This document shows, piece by piece, positions 1-13,800 of a DNA stretch of 64,000 nucleotides. Numbering within the stretch: position 1 is the first letter of the stretch; each line of letters begins with the position of its first letter. The notes under the pieces were generated by a model. It searched no databases and was not told where the DNA came from. It saw only the letters and a program-made list of their open reading frames with translations. The DNA is from Ginglymostoma cirratum. Its lineage: Eukaryota. The position numbers were made by a program, and so were the translations under genes. The stretch is taken from assembly GCA_024137785.1 (NCBI GenBank), contig JAHRHZ010000078.1, positions 15,956,936 to 16,020,935 on the forward strand, in the 5' to 3' direction.

Positions 1-3000
1 ATGGGCGTGAATTTGAGGAACTCCCCAATGTGTTTTGAAGCAAATTGTACGTCAGACTTGTCCTTGCGGGCAAAAAAGGCAAGGTTTTGGCGAAATCTGA
101 TCTGATTTTAGAATTTGACTTACACTCTGTCAGGAAGGGCGCTTTATGGTCTATTTACTGCAGATGCTGGGGAGTTGTATTAAGTGCTTAACTTTGAGAC
201 TTCTTCAATCTGATTTTCAATGGTATTCACCAACTTTTAGTGAATGGTGTGTCTAGAGAGTGACTTCAGCGTGTATTGGGGGAAGGCAGTGGTTAAGATG
301 GATCATTAAAATAAATTATGGTGCAAAACTCATTAGGTTTAAACTGTAGGGAGCTGAGGGCAGTGTGCTTGTATTTTTATAGATCTCCATAGTGGGCCCG
401 TTGAAGGGGAATATTGTGTCGGTTCAAAAGGTGCAACCCGGCAGTCTTTTAGCTTCCATTCATCAAACCAGGAAACGGCTCAGTAACACAAACCCTGGGA
501 ACACATCAGATGCAGGCAACGAGATCTGTTCCTCTTTGTGAACGAACCTGCCGCTATTTCTGCCCGAGTTTCTGATTTCAGTGTTTGCTGTCTGAACTCC
601 TTTCGAGGACAGCAGTTTAGCGGGTAACGAAACCCTGTTCCCGCAAGCCAAAGTGTTGCCCCGCGAATGGGATGCCAGAACGCCTGGGGAAGCCGCCGGT
701 GCTGGCTTCTGATTTTAAAACACAAGCCCCAGCTCATAAAGCCGGGCGCCGCCTCCTCACCTGCCAGTAAACTGAAGTTTTAAAAATGTAACCTTGTTTC
801 TCCGTCTTCCGTCGAATGATGGCTCGGAATTGTCGGACGGCCAGTTTGTCTCAAACACCAAAGTGGCTCAGCTAATGATTTTTAATGTCTCGCCCTGATG
901 ATTGACAGTGATTGCTAGAAGTTATCTTGTACTCGCTGAAGATTAATCCCCTGCCTTGTCTTTTTAAGTTTCTCTTCCTACGGCCCACTATTTATGTCGG
1001 GTGGTCGACTATTGCCAATCGCTTTTAGTGTAACATCCATTGAATGATTTTTTTTTCAAAAAACAAAGAAACATTCGTGTTTATTTTTAAACTTTCACAT
1101 GATCAGGGCTGAGGGGATGGGAGATGAATGGAGTGTGCAGAAAAGTTGTACTTTTTCTCCCCCCGCGGTTTTCACTTCCCAACAAAGGGGAGTGCGTGAG
1201 GCGTCCTATTCTAAAACAGGCCACAGCTTGTCAATAAAATCTCAATTCCGACTTTCTGCTGGTTTTCCAAACACGAAAGGAGAGCTAATTTTGCTGTAAC
1301 TTGCTGATAAACCGTCCTTCTCCTTTTTATTATATTAAAGAAAAGTATCGTTCTGTTTCCGGAGGATTGTTTTCAAGGGAGCAAGGTGTGGAAGATCAGA
1401 GTGTGGCGAGATTTGCGGAATCTGCTGGGATTTAATGTGAACTCTCTTGACTTCTGCCTCCAAAGCCTGGGGGGGAAGGCTTTGATGTCGACGTTTTGTT
1501 TTCCGTGTGATAGTTCTTCGCTTGAAAGCTGTGGAGAGTTTCAGAAAGTTTCCTACTTTAATTTTCCCCGCTTTTGCGAGTTGGTGCAATCAGGATATCA
1601 AGCCTTTTAGAGTTCTTATACCCGAGCGTTGCACCAATGCCGCGAGGAATTTATTACAAAGTCGTAGTGAATCGTACCATTTAAAAGCCGTCAAAATCCG
1701 ATTTTAAATAAAAATTATACCGACGGATTTATGAAGAATTTAAGTAATTAACTCAAAAGGATTTTTTGAAAAAAATACGATCGACCCAGAAAATGTGGCC
1801 AGAAATGTGTGTCGATGATTCAATGATTTTAGTTCCCTAACGTTGACAAATAATGTGTATAAGCTGCCATCGTGAGTTCAGGGGGCTATGCGAGATTAAA
1901 TAGTGATTTGGTTAGTCGTAACAGACTTTACATGTTACATTTTTAAAAACGTCTCTATTTTCTACATAATTATCAGAATGAGTTTAAAATAGTGTAAACA
2001 CGAGTAAGTTGAACTGGAATAGATTTTTTTTTTCTGGACTGTGTTTCACTGGGCTACAACACAAAACGAAGGAAGCTGACCAACTACTCAGGATTTCTCC
2101 CATCAGATGTTCTTTTTAAGTGTTGGACTCCTTCCTCTCGCAATTCCATTGATTACTACGCTCGTCTCAAACTACGCCGTTGCCAGGTCATTTGTTGTTG
2201 CTTGAAAGTCTGCATTAACCAACCTCACCGAGCGGCAATGAAAATAAATCCCCATGTGTGTGCATCCTTCCTTCTCTCCGGTACTCTTCCCTAAAACAGT
2301 CCTCAGCGAGAGTCCTGGGGGAGTGTTTGACAAGTACAGATACCCCTGAAAGTAATGTCTAATTATCAGTCACGTCACTGCATGCAAAACTCCTAGTTTT
2401 ACACCAGGGAGTCCTGGCTGTCCAAAAAAATAGAGGATTTTAATAAAGGAAGAGAAATAAAATTAGTGGCTGCTTGTCCCTCCCATTTGCAGGTAATTAT
2501 TCGGCAATAAATCACAACACTGGTGCCCTAATAATCAGGCCACATAAAATATCCAATACCTACCGAAGTGGTTTTCCTTGATATAGATTCTAATTAATCC
2601 ACATTCTTTATTCCGAAGGGAATACATAAAGTAGAACATTTTGCAATATTCAGATATTAATTAATATTTGGATTATATTAATTAAAATTCAGATGACTTT
2701 TGCACTCTCCCTCCGATGTAATTAAACGGAAGCGAATGAAGTGTGGGTGGGAAATCTGTTTTTACGTTGTCTCCCCTCTCCCTTTCTGATTCCGCTTGAA
2801 TAGTTTGCCCAGGACCGGAACAGCCACTGACACAACGGCCTCTCTTCAGCAATTGCCATTTGGAGTTTGCGGATGGACCAGGACTTGCAACAGAGTTTAC
2901 CAGTTTGTTTCTGTTTACTGTCACAACAAACCCTAAGACTGATGACGAAGACGGCAAAAAAATAAACAAACAAGAGTCCATCTGCCAGGAGATCGTCGGC

Positions 3001-4900
3001 TGTTTTTATTTTGAGAAGATAATTGTAATCCAGGCCAGACCTGGTCTCCACATTAAGTGCCAACTAATTATGGCTGGAAGTGAGCTATTAATGAGGACCA
3101 AGTGATGGGTTCAGATGGTCGCAGTCATGTACCAACAGTGACGATTCAGTACACCTCTTAGCAAAGGGGAAGTTGGCTAAAATGTCCATGAATAGTATTG
3201 GTTGGCCATTGAGTTTAAATCTTAACCGGAACGCCAATAAATGATAGTTCATTAAACCCGCAGCACAATGAGAGAGCGTAGGCTTTCCTTATAGTTTGGA
3301 TTTGTAAACCGGCTGAACATTGCACATTTTCAACCCCGATACTTGCTCTAATCGGGTCCTGTCGTCGCTCAAGGAAGAGCTGCGGCATTTTACTTAAGAA
3401 TGGGTGGGGTAGGGGGATGTGAGGAACTGAGTGAAAGGGTCACGTTTCGAGAAACAAAGTTTTCCTAGCTGTTAAAATTCGTAACTGACTAGACATTTCC
3501 TCCTATTCCAGTCTCCCACTTTTGTTTAATCAGGAGGTGCTGCTTTTTAAAAATTGTTTTTGAGGGTTGGGTGGGCGCGGGTTAAACCCTCGGGCCGTAG
3601 TGCAATATTAAAAATAGCTGGCGATTAGACGAGGCGAGGCAGATCCTTGGCCGTGCCCGGTGAGTTACCCAGACAGATGGTTGTCCGATTCTGTGTGAGT
3701 GCTGCCACCAACTGGCTATCGAGCCGTGACTCAACCTCACAGTCCACAAGTGATTCTGCACAAGAAGCAAAACGCACATATCCACCCTCAACTCGGAAGA
3801 TTGTGCTTTACTCCCTCACCTTTTAGGCACTTAACTCTTTCACACATTTCTCTTGCCACTTCAACTGCGGATCCCCATCTTCCTTGTTTAAAAACAAAAC
3901 CCACGCGAATCTACAGATCAAAATGTGTTTTGTTTTTTCCCCAGTTTTAGTTTCGAAAGAATTAAGCCTTGATACGACAAATACATCCCACCGTTGCGCT
4001 CAATTTTGCAGATGATGCCTAATCATTTTCTCAGGAGGATTCAGGTTTCCTAAGGACATGGTAACCAGACACCGTGCCGCCCGGAGCCCACTTTCAGGTT
4101 TCTGAGCTGTCAATGTGTAATTATTGAACTGGTCCGATTTATTCTATTTGTAACAACAGTCTGTAATTGTGCTAAATAGTGTGTAACCACCCCGCCACCA
4201 GCCTTGCACGTTCGTTAAAAGTTGAAATCGAAGCACTTCGATTAAAATTTAAACCCTAGGAGTTAGTAACCGTACACTCCTCCTGATTTAGTCGAACACT
4301 ACTGGCCGCTATTAACGATATCTCCAGCAAAACTGTCGGATTTAACTCATTCTCACTATCACCTTTACAGAAACCGTGCTGTTAATATTCCACTCCAATA
4401 TATATTGGCTTTCTAACTACTATGACTACCGAATGTAGATGTTTTTTTATGGAACAGCGTATTTCTTAAGCTGACAGTATTTTCATGTCTACATCATTTA
4501 CTCTTGATGGCGGTGGAGAGATGAAAGAATCCAATAATTTTTTTAAAAAAAGTATATATGTTTTCAAAAATCAAAGGAGCTGCATCAAAGAGGCCATTCT
4601 TTCACAAAGCCACCTCCACTTGCTACAACAGCTTTTAAAAGGGAGAATCGATTCCCGGTGGGAAAGGGGTGGGTGTAATTGATAAGATGTGGCTGTGTTT
4701 GTCACATAACATATGGAGCGGAGGAAGGAGGAAACGAGAGAGGAGGGTTCCCTTGTTTAATTAGTAAGATCAGCTGCTGTCCCTGGATTGGAATCTGTCG
4801 GTAAATAAAACTCGTAAATCGGGCTCCATGCAAATGATGCCAGTCTTATTGCCTCTGGACCCAATACTCGTCTGCTCCTGAGGGATTTACCTTCTGCAAA
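1..4900. promoter_or_regulatory. CpG-retaining 5' part of HS3ST3 intron 1 (tail of the exon-1 CpG island)
   Basis: CpG dinucleotides are visibly frequent (e.g. gccgggcgccgcc ~740-752, cgccgttgcc, gggcgcggg) up to ~4.9 kb and sparse afterwards. No credible ORF. Judged by eye, not computed. Confidence 0.6.
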
Positions 4901-7162
4901 CGATAGATGTGTATGTGTAGACACCGAGTCTTCCTGCATCCATATATATGATCAAAATCCTATACTAATCTAGACCAGGGACATGACATCAAATTGGTCT
5001 TGAGTTACCTTGCAGGAACATTGTGTGGCCTACTAGGAAAAGGAAAAACCAGAATTTCATTGAGTAGCAAGATATATGGGGTGTAAAGTACAACTTAGCC
5101 TCAGCATAAAATCTCAGGACCAAAGTATTTCTGTTTGAACCCAATGTAATATTACCTTCACTTTTGCATCAGGGGCAGTGTTTTGCCTGGAAATATGTGT
5201 GCATTTTTGGCCGGGAAGCCTGATTTTTATTGAGATTTGCATTTTTGCCTGATGAAGCTTGATGAAAAGAGAAAAGGGGAAACATTGACGATTTGTAGTT
5301 ATAATCAAGTCTGACTATGAATATTTATGACTCTGATAGGTCTCTGAGTCAAGCATTTCCAAATTTATACATCTAATGTTCACTTTGAAATTTTTATGAA
5401 GTTAGTTCAAAGGAGAGTACCCCTGAGGAAACAGTGAAGCTGCACTCCCTCTTAGCTATCTAAGTCCTCCCATTTTGTTACATGTAATGTGTTGCCTGTG
5501 TATATGTTAGCAGAATGAATACCTAATATTTTGTTTGTATTTGGAGTCAAGCTCTCGGTTAGAAAAGCTATACATGTGAGTGCTATTATTCGTCAAGGGA
5601 TTTACAAAGACTCATTCGGATAAGTGTTTTGTAAGTACAGACCAAGATGGGTCAACAGACATAGCTTGTTTGTTGAATAGCGACCTGAATAGTTAGAGAT
5701 TGCTTTATATTTGTTCATACAGAAAAGGAAACAGCATTTTACTTTGCACATCAAATGTTATACTAAATTACCTCATTGCTGTTTTGAATTGATTTAAATT
5801 TAGCTAAGGACATTATTTTCTTAATTAAGCTCAATAATTACAATTGGACTATATAAGACATGGAAATGTTTCTATTGTGAGTGGCAGTATGCTACTGAGC
5901 AACTAAGAGTCAGTTGAGGTTCATTACATGTGATACAGTAAATGTATTTTCAATTTGGATAATATTTCACAGCAATTAGCTCATTCCAAATTATCTGCAC
6001 ATTCTAGCAAAAGCCAAGATATTGTCAGTTTAATTAATTGTATATAACGTATCTGCACCAGGGTGAGCCTGGTGTTTATTTTACAGGAACTGAGACTTTT
6101 ATATTTACAATTATCATTAATTAATCTGTCTGTACCAGTGTTCTGCTGCCACAAGAGTAAAATACAGGACTTGAATGGGTTTAAAAGTTACAGATAAAAT
6201 GAGGACAGCCAGTTGAAGAATGTTAAATTGTTTAATGAGACAGAATCATTAATTGTGGTGGATTTGGCGCTGGAATGTTAATAGCAAAAAGCTGTATCTC
6301 ATTCCTTTTTGTTCATTTGCACAGTATTCAAATCTTTTACAACTATATTGCAATTAAACCGGCTGAAGGATGTTGCAACAAAATGCTCAATAGCTACACT
6401 CTCAATAGCCATTCATAAAACATGTGAAAGTTGTACATTACTTAAAATCAGGGGAATTTGTTTCAGACAGCTGCAGCATTTCAAATTGGATGGTTGTAGA
6501 ATCTCTCAATGTTCTCTCTTGTGATTTAATAAATATGGAGATCGAGACTTGGCTTAAAACAAATTTGCAAGAGAAATGGTTAAGCAGAATTTGTGATTAA
6601 TTTAACAACTTTTAGGGGGAACTTTAATTGATAATAAACCTTCTCTGTACCATTGAATAAAGCAGCCCCTATTGCAAGACTCCTTTCATCTAACTACCCA
6701 GATAGTGCATGAAATATTTTTTACCAACATGTCCTATTGTTTAGGTTAAGGTATCAAAACCTAACCAAGTCAATCAAGCACACCAATTGTGATTAATATC
6801 TTACCTAAAATTTATTGTATCTAATTAATGATACACTGAGCTACATATTGATGTTCATGAGACACAAAGGGATTTCTAAAACCTCCACAATTCCTTTGGA
6901 AGATAATATAGTGACTATCAATCTAAGGTCTTACTATTGACAACTGCTTTATCAACTGGAAAGAGGCGACTGAGTATCTGTGAGCTTGTGTAAGTAGCAG
7001 AAAAAAATTTATGTAACTGAATGCATGAGTCTTTATATTATGCATATGTCAGTGATTTACACTACCAGTAAATCTATCACTCAGGACTGCACTTCATGTT
7101 GCTTTACAGGTTCCCACAATAATGCATTTGTCTTCACGTTCGCTTTGTAATTATCACTGGTG

Positions 7163-7801
7163 TGTTATGGACCAGACCAAACCCTTCCATAACATATTAA
7201 GAAGATAGCCTAGACCTTAACATTTTCTTATTTTAAATGTAAGTGTAGGTCATTGCATTGTAGATGCAATTTGAATTGTCAAACTACTTGAATTTAAGCA
7301 AAACACTTTATTTTTACATTACAGTTAAAATACAGTCAAAATAATAAAAAAAGAAAATAATTAGCTTAATTGTAACTTTATGGACCTGTTTAACAAAATA
7401 ACATATATATCTTAACTACTACTAATTAACCTCCAATTTTTAAATCCCATAAACACACCCTTGGCAAAGGCAAATTCAGTAAAATGGATTGTCTTACATG
7501 CAATTCTAGTAGCAGGAAGAGAACCCCAGCTTTAGGCTGTAACAGAGAAGGAATAAGAGCTTCCACATTCAGCTTCAAGATGCCAGCAACTGCGGAAAGC
7601 TAAAAACTAAAAATTCTGGTTCTGTGGGGAATTGACCCCCATTTAGGCTGCTTCTGTTGTTCCAACTTTAAAAAAAAACCAAGGCATTACAAATTATTTA
7701 CTTTATTAGCTTTGAGCAGACTATGCAGCACCTCTGATTCGACCTTTCTTCATTTTAAAAAAAGGACAAAATACACCTCTTAAAGCCTTAATATCGTAAC
7801 T
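7163..7801 (-). mobile_element. Solo LTR, family A, copy 1
   Basis: Starts TGTTATGG and ends CGTAAC(T), a short terminal inverted repeat with CA mutated to CT. 4-bp TSD GGTG at 7159-7162 and 7802-7805. Homologous along its length to 44264-44861. AATAAA on the minus strand near 7307-7312. Confidence 0.75.
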
Positions 7802-10800
7802 GGTGTCATGTTAATTCTCTTTGTGTAATAAGAAACTCCCTTCCATATGACTAGTTATTGCATGTGCTGCAGATTCTCAGTTCAAGTATACAGTGATTGT
7901 CGTGATGTCATATGAGATTGTGAAAATACTCTCATAATTTGGGTCATTTATGATATAAAGCTTCAATCATTGCATTTTTGTCTCCTAATAAACTATAACT
8001 CTCTGGCAATTGGACTGTCCAGTTTGTGAAGTTTTGTTGTAAACTAGTTGATTGATGGTCCTGATGCTAAAGTTCCTTAAACACATGAATGTGAGTAGTT
8101 TGTTATAGCTAAATCTGTTAATACAAAAATGCGTGTTTGATCTTAGGAAAAAATTTAGAAGAATTTCCTGACGTTGTGCGCATGGTACTTCAGTTAAACT
8201 GTCCCAGACTTTACAGTGTTTCAATTACATTTGGTCAAATTGAATTGCATCGAAGCTGTGAAGATACTATTTTCTAGTGAGGATGTGTAAGCAAAGATTC
8301 TTGGCTCTTACAGTTAGTAAGAACATTGAACAAGTAAATGGCTCTGCAGATATTGGAATTAACATAGTACTGAAATTGGAACTACATAGTAATAACTCAA
8401 ATAGTACATTATCTCAATCTTCTGTTGATGTGCAAGGCCTATGTCATTCAGTCAGTCTCTGAGGCAAAGGATCTTTTTGGACTAATGACATGATTGTAGC
8501 AGACATTTTCTGTTTATCTTGTTCTGCACTTCTGTCTGTGTTGCACACCCATTGAAGACTTTTTTTTAAGTGTTACTCGAGTTTTTGACCCTGATTGTTT
8601 CCCTAGTTTGCAGGCTCTTGACCCACATGCCTCATTAGCCTTACATTCTGGATTTTTTTATGGACAACTGGACCAGCAGCACTCTGGGAAAGGTCAGGCT
8701 AATATCCTGTAGTTTAAAGAACGAAGTAACGAAACCTTGTTTTCTCTTTAGTTGCTTGACTGCCGCCTCCTTTGCTCTGAACAGACTTTAAGGCTAGACA
8801 GGTTTGATGTTAGATTACACATCATTTCTTTCCCTTCGGAAATAGCTTTGCATTAAAAAGCATTGAGGTGTTGCAGCATGCTAAAGCTGTCCTGGTTGTT
8901 AGTTGGAAGCACATTGAGTGTATCTAGTTTAAGAAGCAACTATTCTCTTGCTTTGGAGCTTTTATTTGTTGAATAGGTTTAGTATTTTCTATTAAAAATT
9001 GTAGAAGGATTCTGCTAAAACAGATTCATCTGAAACGTGTCAAACTGAGAAAAGCCATTAGTAACTTACTTGATGCACACTAATTTTGACTTTGTTTGCG
9101 TTTCAACCTGAATTTTTTTTAAATGATGCAATGGATATGCAGAGCTGTTGAGATTCAGAATTGACTGATGCTTATTAAAAGAAAAGCTGGTTTTTATTTG
9201 ATATCTTTTACTTTTATTTGTTGAAAAAATTGCTTTTATGTTTGGAAAGTTAAAAGTATAAGATTTTAAAGATCCAAATGAGAATTTTTACAGTTTACTT
9301 TCTTCCCTTTTCTGTTTGGTTTCAGAACCTGGGCAACTTGACTTCTGTTACTAATTGTAGATGTGATTTTATATAGTGTCCAACCTGTGATCTCAAACTA
9401 TAAAATGTGCTTATTTAAGGCTTTTAGTTAATTAGGCCACTGTGAAGCGAAAGACAATGGACTTCTTTAGAAATTGTTCTGCATGAAGAAAGTGCAATTA
9501 GGTTTGAACGCAATGGCAGAACTAGTGTTGTATAAATAAAACACTTTTCTCTGTGCATTAAAAGATTACTTTCTGTCCTGTATTCTTTTGTCACTATTAT
9601 CCTAACAAGCTCTACCTAAGCACCATAAAAACAGTAGGTAGCAGCTGAATCACATGGCATTCCCTGCCAGCCAATCCTGTTCCAACTCCTTAACTGGACA
9701 CAATGCCTGGAGTGGCTTCTTCACAGCAGTGAAATTACTTCTGCTGCACAAACTCCTTTCATCTTGCACTGAGAAGCTGGGGATTGTTTTCACTCTGAAT
9801 TACAGAGACTAATTGTAAGGGGGACATGGGGAGAGGGGAGGAGTGAGGCTACTGGGGTGGCCTGGCCCCTGCTGGCCATCTCTGAATGTGGCCACAACAG
9901 TTGGGAAAACATGGCTCAGTAAGATAGGAATCTCCTGCTGAAGGTGGAAACAAAAGCGATTCAGTCCAACAGGAACTTCATGTCAAACACCCATGTTGGC
10001 AGTAAGCTTTCCGCACATGCTGTACTGCCAATTATTGTTCATGACCATTCAAACAGCCCCTGTCTGTACTTATTCCTTCTTCGTTATAAAGGTTTGCTTT
10101 CCCCTGTAGCTGAAGTCAGCTGCATCAAAAGGAGGTAGTTGATCTGAAGGTCTAATGCTCAGCAATTGATTTGTTTTGCTTTTGACCAAACTGATTATTT
10201 TGAGTTTCTAAATTGTATGTTGGGCATTTATGTTACCAATATGTTGGCTTGCAGTAATGTTTGTTGGCAAAATTTAAGGAGAGGAGAAAAACACTAAGGG
10301 CAATGAATACAATTGCCATTAACTACTTTCATTTGACTTGTATCAATTATTAACTCTTAATGCTCCAGTGACCCATCAATTCATCCAAAGACACAGACTT
10401 GGCATAAATAACTTGTTTTGTTCTACCAGGAAATTGATGCATGCTGCTTTTGGCTGTAAGTTACAAACCTATCTGACTCATTGAAGCCTTCTTCCCACGA
10501 AGATCTTTAGCTGATAAAGTAATTTGTGTAGAGATTGATTATCTCAAGTAAATTATTGCTATTGAGGCTTCAACCCTGTGAATAGTTAGTTCTCACTAAC
10601 TAGCAGAAATGGTCTCAGATATCTGAGATACACAAGAGAACAATTTTATTTTCTTTCAATAAAATGATGTAGCCTCCATTTTAATCAGCTACAGACAAGA
10701 GGTTTATAAACATTTGGTTTTAACTAATATATATTGGCCGTGTAATGACTGATTTAGTTTATGGTACTTGTCATTGACTACAAATTATTTGGTATTGAAG

Positions 10801-13800
10801 GTATTATGAGCTATTAATGTTTTTCTTGGATCAGTGTATCTGTTTCAGCTTCTAACAAGTGACAGATAGTTGTGCAATCGGGCAACTAGAAACATACGAT
10901 TGTAATTGGTTGCTTCTCTGTAGCAATCCAGTCAGGCAAAGCAACAGTAGCAGAGAATAATTTTGGTTCTTCTTGTTAAACAGCAGAATCTGAATGTCAG
11001 CACTCCCGCTGACTTATGATTCTTGCGCAGTTTGACCAGAGTACAAAATATCCCAGACTTTGCAATATTTCTCCCACTTTCCAAGCATGAGATACAATGG
11101 TTATGACAATCCAGGATGTAACTGAATCATTCTACACATATGGAAGATTTTACGTGGGCCTAGGGATTTCCAAACTCCAGCTTCATGTGGAAATTGTAAC
11201 ACCCCAGGGTAAGACATCTACCAGAATATAAGAAAAAAACTGAACAGCTGTGACATTCATACCAAATTATTGCGGCTGCTATATAAATTGTTTTATCTGC
11301 TGCCATCTTTAATATCATGCTATCATATTTTCCATTGCTGGTAATGGGTCAGAGCTGGATAAATGCATATTACTGAATCATGGTGCAATGCCTTAAGCAC
11401 CTCCCAATTAACAAATAGATTGCCATGGAGTGTATGGGATATGGGGGATTCAATAGCAAAATAATAATTTTTTATTGTAAGTTCCTGTATGGAACTTCTT
11501 TAAAATACATTGCCTGAGAATTATGCAGAGTTGGAAACTGGTACAAAAAAGATGCCATAGCTTCAATGTACACCCAAAGGCACGCACCTAGGATTAACTA
11601 TAAATGGGCCTTGAGCCTCCCTGCCCTAATTCTGGTGCACAGTGAACACAAATGCAGGGTCCCAATGCAGCTCACTGGATTGGGGCCTCAGGCAGTAATG
11701 ATCCTATGCTGCCTCATATCTGAGGTCTTGGAGGTGTGGGGTGTGGTTGAAGGAAAGGGGTGTGCAATGGTAGTAACCCGGAAAGGATAATCTGGGCAGT
11801 AGTTCTTTTGGAGGTAGAAGCAACATTCCTGTGGTTCCTAGTTTCACAGACTGAGGAATAACTTTTTAAGTATCTTTTTGAGAGTGGCCGCCACTCATCT
11901 CTTTAAAGAAGGCTGGAGAGCTAGTACTTGCTGGAAGGTGAATGGCTCATTTGGATGTAGTATTTTGGATATTCAATGTGCTTTTACCTGTATTAGGAGG
12001 CTAATAAAGGGGTAATTGTCCCTTGTTATATGAATGCAATGTCTAATGTAATTTACTTCCACCTTGTGGGGTAAATTCTCCAGCACTTCCTACTGCTACC
12101 AGTTCCCAAAATAATCCAGGCTAGACTCAAGAAAGCTGAAACTTTCTGAGGCATAGTATCTGTAAAGTTATGTCTGAAAGGAAATAATTAACTCTGATCT
12201 TCAATCATTTTTATGGTCACACAATACAGGAGGGAACGTTTGAAATTTGCTGAATTTATTATCAACGCATATGGTTTCGATTCCAACTGTATGGCACCCA
12301 AAGTGTCAATGGATCTTAAATGGATATGGTACCTGAGATTCACCACTGCAAACAATTAGTTACAGTTAGCGGACACCGTGAAAACTAAGGACAGTTAACA
12401 ATATCTCGGAGACTTTCACAGCAGGAAATAGATTGGAAAACTCTGACCAGTAATTGATGTAAAATAATTTTGATCAAATCAGTAACTTTTCATCAGTAAC
12501 ATGTAGGGAAACTACCTGTGTGACTGACTGCAAATGATTCCATTAAACCTTCTAATGTAGTATTAGAGTTTAGTGTCTAAGCTCTACTAAGCATCCAGTT
12601 CTGGTCTGGATGCACTTCAATTGCAATTCCTATCCTGAGCCTGTTGTGCTGACACACAGCAATTTAACACGCTAAAGGATGGCAACAAATGAAGTCATGC
12701 CATATATGGCATTTGTGGAATGAATTCTGTTATATGCAATCTATAAATCAAGTTATTTAGGAGTCAAAAAGCCAACCTTTTTCTTCTGTCTTTTTGCTGA
12801 CACTGGTCTGAGCTGGTATCTTTCTACGGTGCATTGGAAGCAAGTGGTGACCAGTGTCTGAGCTATTCATTTGAACAGGATGCTGTTAAGAGTTGCCAAG
12901 TCGTAAGAGTTATTTTACCAAATAATTTTTTTTCACTTCAGTTGGTCACTTGCAATTCACTGTACAATTTTTTTTGGAGCAAAGATAACAAAACTAAAAG
13001 CATGTGAAGGTGGGTAACTGCCAACCTGTTACTCTTGGAATTCATTTTCAGAAAATACATCAGGAAAAAACCATTTGGAGAAATAGAAGTAAATTAGTAA
13101 AGTGACAGAAACTTGCTTAATACTCTATGTTAAACATAAACCAAAGAAAAAGTTGCGGATTTATTGCAGTTGACCGAGCAATAGTGTATTTTTCTTAATG
13201 TGCGTCATGTATTACGGAATACCTCTCAATTATACACAATACTGTGATAAATTCATGTGTAGTAGAGCTTGAGAAACAGCACAGCTTAGAAAGCAGATGT
13301 TCTCCCACTCAGCTCCACATGACAAAGAAACAAGATGTTACACTGCATTGTTTACCACATCGTTTGGAACATTTAGATTCTGCTTTAGTGGATCAAATTT
13401 CGGCAAATGTCAATTGAACATTGTTCTCAAATGTGTAGCATGACCAGCACATTGTAGCCTCTGGAGGTAGTGGATACCTGCTGAAAGATTTATCAGGTGC
13501 TATAAATGTAACCTATTTTTGAAGAGTGTTAAAAACTTTGTTCTAACTGAGGCCCCAAACTGTTGTAGTTCTGATACGCTCGTGTTGTTTTTTCTCTCAG
13601 CGATAAGATAGGCCAGTAACAGGTTACTAACACTTCTGGCAAGCAACCAGGGTAAATAGATTAATCGTCTCACCTTTAAAAGTCACTGCTAAGTGGTTAT
13701 TGTAGATATAAGATAAAAACTTAGTCTTTTAGCTCTTGTAATGAGCTGGACTACAATTTTGTTCTATTTGCTCATTTTAATTTAAAACTAAATAGAGCAT

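Noticed and set aside
1-4900. HS3ST3 exon 1 or another gene in the CpG-rich region
   Set aside because: No ORF with a transmembrane anchor or the GVKKGGT 5'-PAPS motif; the short ORFs show no recognisable homology.
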